From an uncultured archaeon (GTDB lineage: Archaea > Micrarchaeota > Micrarchaeia > Anstonellales > Bilamarchaeaceae): a DNA stretch of 64,000 bases. Numbering within the stretch: the first letter of the stretch is position 1; each line of letters begins with the position of its first letter. The notes beneath the pieces were generated by a model, which made no database searches, was not told the origin of the DNA, and saw only the letters and a program-made list of their open reading frames with translations. The position numbers and the translations under genes were made by a program. Below, in pieces: positions 8,521-16,534 of this stretch. The DNA lies in assembly GCA_963734525.1 (NCBI GenBank), contig CAVTHI010000008.1, positions 20,714-84,713 on the forward strand. The letters are read 5' to 3'.

Positions 8521-9720
8521 ATGGCAAACAGACTTCCACAGGGGATGCGGCATGTTGCGGCGCTCCACCACGAGGAGCATGTGCGGAGGCACGCCATATT
8601 CAAGAGCTACCATGCCGAGGACCAGCATAAGCGGATACATGAGATGATACGGGAACGGAAGATGCTGGACCCTATAGAATCTGCGTACGCCCTCCAGGAG
8701 GGGAACAAGGGGCATGCGGCCCGCGTGTCCGGCTTCCAGGGGGAATTGCCGGAAAAGATAAAGACGCTCATGCTGGTATGCGCCGATGCGCGCATGGGGG
8801 GGATGTTCGATTTCGATGATTTCGCGAGGCGCGGCATCGCCGCGGTGTATGTGGCCGGCAATGTGTCCGACTTCCTGAACACATCCGGGGTGAAGGAGGT
8901 CTTCAGGCGAATGGACAAGGATTCCTCGATAGTCATCGCCGGCCACGCCAAATGCGGCGCCGTCCATTGCGCATCGGAGAAGGAGCAATACTCCCACCTC
9001 AAGAACATCGCCGTCCTCCTCCACCTGGTCTCGCCGACCGGGGAGCTCGACAACCTGCGGGCGCAGGCCGGGACGCTCGCCGCGAACGAAGCCTTCCAGA
9101 AGCTCACCGCCAGGAAGAACGTGCGAATCGTCAGCGCTTTCGTCGATATCGCGCACCATGAGCCCCAGATACGCCTGGTGGACGGCGACAAGGCGCAGGA
9201 GCAGGATAGGGAGCTCATCGACAGGCTTGACCGGGCCTTCCGGCGTTCGAACGGAGGCATGGACCTGTCTTCGCACCAGTTCGCGCATGCCGTAGTGATA
9301 TCCGGGCCGGCGCTCCCGTTCGACGCGCGTGAGATATTCTCCGCGGGCTCGAACGAGATATTCTGCGTGACCGGCGGGGATTATGGGGGGAAGAAGCACA
9401 AGGGCCACCTGTCCGAGGCCGAGATTGCCACGGTGGAGATGGCGTCGCTGGGGATGCTCGACGAGCAGTCGGTGGCGTCAATCGAGTATTCGGTCGAGAA
9501 GAACAAATCCCAGCATATCCTCCTGCTCCATACAGACCTCGCGGTCATCGATGCATGGGAAGCGCAGTTGATAAGGAAAAGCGACATCGTCTCGAACGCC
9601 CTCATCGAAGGCAGGCTCGAGATAACGACCGCCGTGTACGATTCGAGCACCGGCCGGGTGACGATGGTGCGCCACCTGGTGAACGAGGACGCCGCGGCCG
9701 CGATTTCCTCGAAGGTTTGA
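8521..9720 (+). CDS. two-domain beta-carbonic-anhydrase-like protein, paralog B (closest to canonical beta-CA)
   Basis: 399 aa. The N-half has LQEGNKGHA, LMLVCADARMGG (C-x-D-x-R), AAVYVAGNVSD (xAGN) and SIVIAGHAKCGAVHCA (G-H-x-x-C-G-A), in the order and spacing of beta-class CAs such as archaeal Cab. The C-half (HAVVISGPALPFDAREIF..SNEIFCVTGG..HILLLHTD..TTAVYDSSTGRV) is a degenerate second copy. Confidence 0.7.
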   Translation: MANRLPQGMRHVAALHHEEHVRRHAIFKSYHAEDQHKRIHEMIRERKMLDPIESAYALQEGNKGHAARVSGFQGELPEKIKTLMLVCADARMGGMFDFDDFARRGIAAVYVAGNVSDFLNTSGVKEVFRRMDKDSSIVIAGHAKCGAVHCASEKEQYSHLKNIAVLLHLVSPTGELDNLRAQAGTLAANEAFQKLTARKNVRIVSAFVDIAHHEPQIRLVDGDKAQEQDRELIDRLDRAFRRSNGGMDLSSHQFAHAVVISGPALPFDAREIFSAGSNEIFCVTGGDYGGKKHKGHLSEAEIATVEMASLGMLDEQSVASIEYSVEKNKSQHILLLHTDLAVIDAWEAQLIRKSDIVSNALIEGRLEITTAVYDSSTGRVTMVRHLVNEDAAAAISSKV

Positions 9721-9767
9721 CGGGCGGCCCTTTCCAGCCGCACCCCCGAACAGGGTTTCCCAGCCCA

Positions 9768-10598
9768 TCAATCCAGCAGCGCCAGGACAGACGGCTCCCT
9801 TATGCGCCTGTTGAGCACGGATTTGTGGTCTTTCGGGAAATCCTTTATCGACTGGTGTATCATCTTCCTGAGGTCTGGCTCGACAGTGGAGACATACGAG
9901 TTGATGCCTTCCGCTTCGACTTCGGGAACGGTCAGGACGTGCAAATGGACGCCCAGGTGCTGCATGATTGTGCTCATGATAGGGTCGTTCTTGACCTTCC
10001 TCCGGATGTTATTGGCTTCGAGGACGTCCTTGCCGAGAAGGTAATAGTCGCGGAGGCCGAGGGTGACTATCGAATAGCATATGCCCCCCAGCTTATAGGG
10101 CCCGAAACTGCTGAACGGATTAAGCACGTTGGAGCCCGTCGCCAGGAACACGCTGCCCGCGACGTCGTAGTCGCTGGACTCCTTCAGGTTGAGGTATCGG
10201 ATTAGCGTTTCCCTCGGGTTGGCGATGTCCGGCGCGCATATAAGGCCGCAAACCGGCTTCTGGATGCTGCTCCGGCGAATCCTTTCGGGGTGGTTCTCCG
10301 GAAGGTGGTCCATGACGTAGCGCATGAGGCCCGCCATGTCGTCCAGTATCGTGTGGACGTGGAGGTTGTCGTCGATGCGTATCTTCAGGCCGGTCCGGTA
10401 ATTGAGGACGCCGCAGTTGACATGCACCGGAATCCGCTCCAGCTCGTTGTCGGCGTCCAGCGCCGTCCTCAGGTACTTCTTGGATTTCAGCGGCTCCTTG
10501 ACCGTGTCTATGCTGGTGAGGAAATCCTCGGCGCTCGTGCCCTCGTGGGCATAGACGTTTTTCAATAGGAGATAGAGGTCATCGTCGTTATCCAGCAT
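9768..10598 (-). CDS. beta-CA-like degenerate (C-terminal-type) domain protein, paralog C part 2
   Basis: 276 aa. VCGLICAPDIANPRETL...VAGSVFLATGSNV...GGICYSIVTLGLRDYYLLGKD parallels the C-halves of paralogs A and B. Its start overlaps the stop of 10588..11133 by 11 nt next to an A-rich run, so the two may be one gene. Confidence 0.5.
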   Translation of the reverse strand: MLDNDDDLYLLLKNVYAHEGTSAEDFLTSIDTVKEPLKSKKYLRTALDADNELERIPVHVNCGVLNYRTGLKIRIDDNLHVHTILDDMAGLMRYVMDHLPENHPERIRRSSIQKPVCGLICAPDIANPRETLIRYLNLKESSDYDVAGSVFLATGSNVLNPFSSFGPYKLGGICYSIVTLGLRDYYLLGKDVLEANNIRRKVKNDPIMSTIMQHLGVHLHVLTVPEVEAEGINSYVSTVEPDLRKMIHQSIKDFPKDHKSVLNRRIREPSVLALLD

Positions 10599-11133
10599 GA
10601 TTGTCTTTTCTTTCTTTGCGGCTTTTATCGAAGAAGGAGATTTCCGGCTTTATGTTGTAGAGCAGGCCCCGGATGGTTTTCCAGGCCTCGTTGGAATGGC
10701 TCATGCCGCAGTTGATGGCCGAGTCTGGGTTGATCATCTCCACCTCGGTTTCGGGATTGTACACGAGCTTGTTGACATCCGGCACCTTTATGTCCGCATG
10801 GCCGGAAATCTGGACGACCGTCTTGTGCAGGACGCCCGGACCCTGGTCCACCCTCACTTTTTCCCCGAATTCGCTCAGGCTGGAGTTGAGTCCGCCCTTG
10901 ATGATGTCCTTGATTTCGATATAGGATTGCTTGTTCACGACCGAGCCGGCGATGGTCACCCGGGAAATGAGCACCTTTACCCCGCGGGCGGCGTATTCCA
11001 GGATGAGGCTCCGCAAAATCTGATTTTCCACCGCACCCCCGTCGCGCGCGTCTGCGCAGCGGACCTGGATGACGTGCTGCACCTCGTCAACCGGATAGTT
11101 GACATTGAATGATAGCGTTGCTCTGGTTCCCAT
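10588..11133 (-). CDS. beta-CA-like N-terminal-type domain protein, paralog C part 1
   Basis: 181 aa with VIQVRCADARDGG (C-x-D-x-R), VVQISGHAD and a distal AINCGMSH. It is the first gene downstream of the NuoB-like gene on the same strand. Confidence 0.5.
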   Translation of the reverse strand: MGTRATLSFNVNYPVDEVQHVIQVRCADARDGGAVENQILRSLILEYAARGVKVLISRVTIAGSVVNKQSYIEIKDIIKGGLNSSLSEFGEKVRVDQGPGVLHKTVVQISGHADIKVPDVNKLVYNPETEVEMINPDSAINCGMSHSNEAWKTIRGLLYNIKPEISFFDKSRKERKDNHAG

Positions 11134-11241
11134 ATGTACTCAGTCCGGGTACATCCGGCCCAATCCCATGCGGGATGGCGGCCGTCTCGGCTATGGCTGC
11201 TGCCATTCCGAACCCCCCGGAAAATAGTTGGTTGCTATGGA

Positions 11242-11820
11242 TTATATGGATTTCGGTTTTGCGTTTTTTGGCGGACTGCGGGTTTCTTCGCCCTTCCGCT
11301 TCTTGTCGATGGCCATGCCGGCTTTCAGTATCCCCGCGAGGAGCTCGTATGGGTCCGGCGGGTTGCCCGGGACTTTCACGTCAACCGGGACGACGCTCTC
11401 GACGCGCCCGTCCCCGGCCAGGGCGTAGCTCCCCTTGAACGGCCAGCCCGTGCATGCCCCGTCCCCTGCGGCGACGACGGCGCGGGGTTCGGCCATGGCT
11501 TCGTAGCTTTTAATCAGCGCGACTTTCATGTTCTGGGTGACCGGCCCGGTGACTATGAGGACGTCCGCGTGCCTCGGGGAGGCTACAAAGTGCACGCCGA
11601 AGCGCTCCGCATCGACGCGGGGGGCCATCATGAGCTGCTCCTCGAGCTCCACGTCGTTCGGCGAGCCGGCATCCACCATGCGCACGTGGATGGAGCGCGA
11701 GAACAGCGACATAGGCCGCTGCCTGAGCAGGAGCGCGACCTCGCGCACCGCAGGGTCGGGCGATTTCTCCGACACGCGGTCCGGGAAATATTCGAATGCG
11801 AGCTTCAGTGTTTCAAGCAT
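11242..11820 (-). CDS. NuoB/HycG/HyfI-like small subunit lacking the [4Fe-4S] ligands
   Basis: 192 aa. ERFGVHFVASPRHADVLIVTGPVTQNM...VPVDVKVPGNPPDP is unmistakably the NuoB/group-4 small-subunit fold. The Cys-ligand positions read DAGSPND, GDGACTGW and PGNPPDP, so 3 of 4 Cys are lost. Confidence 0.85.
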   Translation of the reverse strand: MLETLKLAFEYFPDRVSEKSPDPAVREVALLLRQRPMSLFSRSIHVRMVDAGSPNDVELEEQLMMAPRVDAERFGVHFVASPRHADVLIVTGPVTQNMKVALIKSYEAMAEPRAVVAAGDGACTGWPFKGSYALAGDGRVESVVPVDVKVPGNPPDPYELLAGILKAGMAIDKKRKGEETRSPPKNAKPKSI

Positions 11821-11829
11821 ATCAATCCC

Positions 11830-13407
11830 TCACAGGTCTGTTCCGGCATACGACATATTGAAACTCTTGTTTATCAGCGGGAAATCCGGCACGATGTCGC
11901 CGGGGACGAGGTTCTCGGCGCCGCGCCAGTTCTTGAACGACGCGGTCCTGCATGCGAGCCGCTCGATTTTGCCGTCATCGGAGAGCTCGACGAGGAACGC
12001 ACAGCCCCCGCGCGGAGCCTCGGCCCAGCCGACCCCGGTTCGCACGGATTCCTCGCTATCGGCCACCGCAGGTTCGCACTGCAGCTTGCCTGATGGCATG
12101 TGGGACGCGAGCCAGTTCACCAGCCGGACGGATTCCTTGACCTCCGCGAGTTTCACGAGGAATCTCGCGAGGACGTCGCCGGTCTTTTCCGTCGATTCCC
12201 TGAAGCCCGCATCCGCATAGGCCGAATAGGGAAGCGATTTGCGCAAATCGCAGCTAACCCCGCATGCGCGGGCGACAGGGCCCACGAGCGCGAGGTCTGC
12301 CGCTGCCTTCTGGGGGACGGCGCCGGTCGAGAAAACGCGGTTGAGGTATGTCGATGACTCGAGCGTGAAGCGCTCCACGCGCGCAAGCCGCTTCTCGAAA
12401 TCCGCCAGCGTGGAAGCGATTAAGGCCAGCTTCTCTTTCGGAAGGTCGCCGCTGACGCCGCCAACGACGCACATACCGCGGAGGAATCGGCTCCCCGTGA
12501 CTTTCCGGTTGAGCCTCATCATGTCCTCGCGGAGGACTGCGAACCTTGATGCGGACATCGTGAAGCCGACATCGGTCGGCATGCCGCCGAGGTCCGAGAG
12601 GTGGCTGTATATGCGCTCGAGCTCCAAGAGGATTGCGCGTATGTATTCGGCGCGCTCCGGGACCTTGAGGCCGCAGGCGCGCTCGACCGCATGGCAGTAG
12701 GCGACCCCGTTCGCGACGGACTCGTCCCCGGAAATCTGCTCAATCACGGGCAGTATTTCTACGGCGGCCTTGCCTTCGACGCTTTTCTCGACCCCCCGGT
12801 GCAGGTAGAACATGCGGGTTTCCAGCTTGTTTATCTGCTCGCCCACGATATGGAACCTGAAGTGCCCCGGCTCTATTATGCCGGCGTGCACCGGGCCGAC
12901 CGCCAGCTCGAATTCCCCTTCGGCCCCGGTGCCCTTTATCACGTAATCATCGTTCTTCTGCCGGACCAAGGCCTTGCCGCCGACCGGATGCTTGTCAGGC
13001 ATGCCGCTTTCAGGGTGGAAGATGAGCGGCCTGGAATCGGGTATCCCGGAGAGTCTCAGGCCGGTTAGGTCCTGCATCTTGCGCTCGTCCCATAACGCGG
13101 CGTTCACCGTCGCAGATAGCGCGGCGAACTCCTTCCCCTTGGCCCGGAGTATGAGCATCCGGCCTATCGCAGGGACGCGGAACAGGTAGGAGACCTCGAA
13201 TGCGCCCCCGGGGCGGGACGAGATGAAGCCTGAATCGAAAATCGCCCCGTTCGCCATGCTAGCCTTGCAGGCGGGGACGAGGTCGCTCTGGCGGAGGGAC
13301 GCCCAGATGCAGGCGCCGCGCTCGCTCCATGCCTCGATGGCCCCCTGCTTGAGTGATTTTTGGATTATTCCGGAGAATTTTTTCGTTTCGTCAGTCATAT
13401 CATCCAC
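11830..13407 (-). CDS. NuoC-NuoD fusion / HycE-HyfG-like large subunit lacking NiFe-binding cysteines
   Basis: 525 aa. GPVHAGIIEPGHFRF, FYLHRGVEK and EAPRG are family motifs. The N-terminal RxCGxC position reads IEQISGDESVANG. The C-terminal DPCxxCxx(H/R) position reads KSFNMSYAGTDL-stop. Confidence 0.85.
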   Translation of the reverse strand: MDDMTDETKKFSGIIQKSLKQGAIEAWSERGACIWASLRQSDLVPACKASMANGAIFDSGFISSRPGGAFEVSYLFRVPAIGRMLILRAKGKEFAALSATVNAALWDERKMQDLTGLRLSGIPDSRPLIFHPESGMPDKHPVGGKALVRQKNDDYVIKGTGAEGEFELAVGPVHAGIIEPGHFRFHIVGEQINKLETRMFYLHRGVEKSVEGKAAVEILPVIEQISGDESVANGVAYCHAVERACGLKVPERAEYIRAILLELERIYSHLSDLGGMPTDVGFTMSASRFAVLREDMMRLNRKVTGSRFLRGMCVVGGVSGDLPKEKLALIASTLADFEKRLARVERFTLESSTYLNRVFSTGAVPQKAAADLALVGPVARACGVSCDLRKSLPYSAYADAGFRESTEKTGDVLARFLVKLAEVKESVRLVNWLASHMPSGKLQCEPAVADSEESVRTGVGWAEAPRGGCAFLVELSDDGKIERLACRTASFKNWRGAENLVPGDIVPDFPLINKSFNMSYAGTDL

Positions 13408-14866
13408 CGATTACTTCCTCGACCACCATCGAGATGAGCCGGATGAGCGGTTCGGGCGGCGTCAGGCCGAAATAGACCGCGAGCAGCAAAAGCGCCAGGA
13501 ACGGCACGACCATCAACAGGGATGGTTTGAATTTTTCGACCCCTTCGGGAATTTTGCCGAAGCACATGCCGGAAGCGCGGTAAAGCAGGCTCGCGAATGT
13601 GATCGTCGTGCAGATTATGAACAGGAGGGCGACCAGGTACTGGCCCCCGGAAAGCGAAGCCGCGAGGACTCCCACCTCCGAGATGAACGTGCCGAAAGGC
13701 GGGCTGCCGGAAATCCCGACCGCGATGAAAACGAAGGGGATTGCGACCACCGGGACCACTTGGGCGGCGCCGCTGATGAGCCGTATCTCCTTGGTCTTGA
13801 ACGCCAGCGCTATCACGCCGCTTGAGAGGAAGGCGAGGGGCTTGGCGAGGGAATGGGACACCATGTGGAAGAGCGCGGCGAACATGCCTATCGGCCCCCC
13901 GAGGCCGAACGCGAGGACGACTATCCCCATGTTCTCGACGCTGGAATAGGCCAGCATGCGCTTGAGGTTGTCCTGGTAGAAGAGGCGCAACGCGCCCACG
14001 GCAAGCGAGAGCATGCCGAACACGATGAGCAGGCTGGACGCGAAAGACACGAGCTCAGGGTACGGGGCCAATATCTGGTAGGCCCTCACAATCCCGTGGA
14101 ACGCGATGTTCAGCAGGACGCCGGATAGCAGGGCGCTGACAGGCGTCGGGGCCTGGCTGTGCGCGTCCGGAAGCCACACGTGCAAAGGCACGAGGCCTAC
14201 CTTCGTACCGAACCCGACGAGTATGAATGCGAAGGCGATTTTCATGAAGAACAGGTTCACGCCGGTATGCGGGGCGAGGAGGCTCGGCCAGTCCCCCCAT
14301 GATGCCGAGTCCGGCGGAAGGACCGCGTACATGAGGAACATGATGCCTACGAGCGCGAGCAGGATGCCCACCGAGTTTATTATGAAGAACTTCCAGGCCG
14401 CCTCAATCGAGCTGGTCGTGTTATAGAAGCTGATGAGGAAGACGGACGCCAGCGTCGTGGCTTCAATCGCCGCCCACATCACGACGATATTCGAGGCGAG
14501 GGGGGCCACAAGCATCGCCGCGAGGAAAAACGAGAGCAGGCCGTAATATGTCCCCAGCCGGCTTTCGTCCACGGTCTTTTCCTCGACCTCGTGCCTGAGG
14601 TAGCCGATGGAATAGATGAATACGAAAAACGACACCAGGGCGGTCAGGGAAGTGAAAAGCGCGGAGATGGAATCGAGGTAGAGGAGGCCGTAGGACTCGA
14701 CGTACGGCACCGGCGCCTGGATGAAGCCCCATGTCACGAAGAGCGCGAAGAATGCTGCGAGCGAAGCGCCTGCCACCGCGGCCAGTTCCGCGGCCCTGGG
14801 GTGCTTGGACAGCAGGAACGCAAGGATTCCGGAAATGATCGGCGGCAGGATTATGAGTTCAAGCAT
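13400..14866 (-). CDS. antiporter-like subunit (NuoN/HyfF/MrpD family)
   Basis: 488 aa, polytopic, with AAIEATTLAS, GFGTKVGLVPLHVWLPDAHSQAPTPVSALLSG and HMVSHSLAKPLAFL. Confidence 0.85.
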   Translation of the reverse strand: MLELIILPPIISGILAFLLSKHPRAAELAAVAGASLAAFFALFVTWGFIQAPVPYVESYGLLYLDSISALFTSLTALVSFFVFIYSIGYLRHEVEEKTVDESRLGTYYGLLSFFLAAMLVAPLASNIVVMWAAIEATTLASVFLISFYNTTSSIEAAWKFFIINSVGILLALVGIMFLMYAVLPPDSASWGDWPSLLAPHTGVNLFFMKIAFAFILVGFGTKVGLVPLHVWLPDAHSQAPTPVSALLSGVLLNIAFHGIVRAYQILAPYPELVSFASSLLIVFGMLSLAVGALRLFYQDNLKRMLAYSSVENMGIVVLAFGLGGPIGMFAALFHMVSHSLAKPLAFLSSGVIALAFKTKEIRLISGAAQVVPVVAIPFVFIAVGISGSPPFGTFISEVGVLAASLSGGQYLVALLFIICTTITFASLLYRASGMCFGKIPEGVEKFKPSLLMVVPFLALLLLAVYFGLTPPEPLIRLISMVVEEVIGG

Positions 14867-14870
14867 GGGT

Positions 14871-15557
14871 TCACCTTTTCTCTATGAGTTCATCGAGTTC
14901 TTTCGTATCGAGGGTGCCGACCGTGCCGCGTATCTTGAGCGCCAGGAGCATGGCGACTATTATCAGGATCACCACGTCGAAAAGGGCGACCGCGTCGCTT
15001 ACGAAGGGCAGCTGTATCGGAAGGGCTATCGGAAGCAGGACCACGCCGTTCTCCATGAGGAGGAATCCGAGGAGCTGGAGCAGGAGGTTCGTCTTGACCG
15101 CGATTATGAGCATGCCTATCAGGATGAGCGACAGCACGAGCGGCAGCATGATGGTGGTCCCGCCGAGTATCGACGAGAGCAGGAACGCGAGGACGATGAG
15201 TATGCCGGAGTATGCCAGGATGCGCGCCGGGGTGACGTAGGAGCCGGTGAAGAGCGGGTCGAAGTCGAGGTTAAGCCTCAGGTCCTCCTTCGTCGCACGG
15301 AACACGTTGTAGAAGCGCGTGGGCAGCAGCTTCACTTCGCCGGGCATCACCCTGAACAGGTTGAAGAGCATGACCGGGATGAGCAGGAATTTCAGGATGA
15401 AGGTCGTGCCCACGCGGAAATACAGGTCCGGGGCGCCTTCACCCAGGGCGGACACGGCGAAGATGATGACGAGGCATGCGCTCTGTATCATGTAAAGCTC
15501 GACGCTGCGGTTGAATGTCGCGCTGAAGACGAAATACAGGGAGCTCAGCAGCATCAC
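14871..15557 (-). CDS. HyfE-like small polytopic membrane subunit
   Basis: 228 aa, about 7 TM. Its position between the NuoH-like and NuoN-like genes matches E. coli hyfE. Start is GTG 15557 or ATG 15554. Confidence 0.6.
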   Translation of the reverse strand: MMLLSSLYFVFSATFNRSVELYMIQSACLVIIFAVSALGEGAPDLYFRVGTTFILKFLLIPVMLFNLFRVMPGEVKLLPTRFYNVFRATKEDLRLNLDFDPLFTGSYVTPARILAYSGILIVLAFLLSSILGGTTIMLPLVLSLILIGMLIIAVKTNLLLQLLGFLLMENGVVLLPIALPIQLPFVSDAVALFDVVILIIVAMLLALKIRGTVGTLDTKELDELIEKR

Positions 15558-15574
15558 GAATACGAGCGCCGTTT

Positions 15575-16534
15575 CTATGGGCGACTCCGCCGGCCCCGGT
15601 GCCGGACAGCGTCGTGAGGAACGAGAGCAGTGCGAGGAGCATCGCGAGCATCAGGAGCTCGCCGACCTTGAACAGGCGCACCTTCACGCTGATGCTCTCC
15701 ACGACCGCGGTGAGCATCGCGAGGAGAAGCGAGACGCCGAGCACGAACACCGAGCGCATGATTGGGTCCGGCAGACGAGAGCGGCAGGAATATTATCGGG
15801 ATGAGCGCGAATAGGAGGAAAATCTTCGACGCATGGGCCCATTCGACGAAGGCGAGGCCGGGCCCGGAGTTCTCGAGTATCATCGCTTCGTGGACCATGG
15901 TGAGCTCGAGGTGCGTGGCCGGGTTGTCGAACGGAAGGCGTCCGGTTTCCGCCAGGATGATGATGAACAGGCCGAGCGCCGCTATCCAGTGCGCGGGCGA
16001 CAGCGCAAGCGCATCCCATGCGATGCCGCCTGATGCCAGCGGGGCGATGACGTTGAAGCCGCCCGATGCCGCCAGGAAGAGCACGACCGCGAAAAGAGCG
16101 GGCTCGATGAGCACGGAATAGAGCATCTCCCTGCTCGAACCCAGCCCGCCGAACGAGCTTCCCGCGTCAAGCCCGGAAAGCGCCGTGAGGAAGCGCCCGA
16201 TGGAGAAAAGGTATGCGAATACGATGATGTTCACCGCGAGGAATGAGACCGGCGAGAGGACGGGCAGCATGACGGACGCTATCGCGACCGAAACGAATCC
16301 GGCTACCGGGGCGATGACGAAGATGAACGACGTGGTGGAGCTCTTGGATTCGCCCTTTGAAAGGAGCTTGGCCAAATCCAGGTAAGGCTGGATTATGGGG
16401 CTGCCGGACCTCCCCTGCAGGCGGGCCTTCACCTTGCGCATGAGCCCGACGATGAGCGGGGAGAAGCCGAAGATGAAGATTATCTGGAGGAATGCCAGGA
16501 GAGCGGGTGTGGTGTCAGCAGCCATAAGGATCAC
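15575..16534 (-). CDS. NuoH/HyfC/HycD-like membrane subunit, apparently frameshifted near 15765-15790
   Basis: The N-terminal 255 aa are convincing (RKVKARLQGRSGSPIIQPYLDLAKLL, ETGRLPFDNPATHLELTMVHEAMILENSG). After ...IPIIFLPLSSAGP the sense continues in the frame of ORF 15439..15759 (IMRSVFVLGVSLLLAMLTAVVESISVKVRLFKVGELL...). The true 3' end is uncertain. Confidence 0.75.
   Translation of the reverse strand: MILMAADTTPALLAFLQIIFIFGFSPLIVGLMRKVKARLQGRSGSPIIQPYLDLAKLLSKGESKSSTTSFIFVIAPVAGFVSVAIASVMLPVLSPVSFLAVNIIVFAYLFSIGRFLTALSGLDAGSSFGGLGSSREMLYSVLIEPALFAVVLFLAASGGFNVIAPLASGGIAWDALALSPAHWIAALGLFIIILAETGRLPFDNPATHLELTMVHEAMILENSGPGLAFVEWAHASKIFLLFALIPIIFLPLSSAGPNHALGVRARRLASPRDAHRGRGEHQREGAPVQGRRAPDARDAPRTALVPHDAVRHRGRRSRP

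Noticed and set aside
11830-13407. Calling this locus a functional membrane-bound [NiFe] hydrogenase or formate hydrogenlyase
   Set aside because: The family fold is clear. However, both CxxC NiFe motifs of the large subunit and 3 of 4 Fe-S Cys of the small subunit are substituted. No ferredoxin-like subunit or hyp maturation genes are present.
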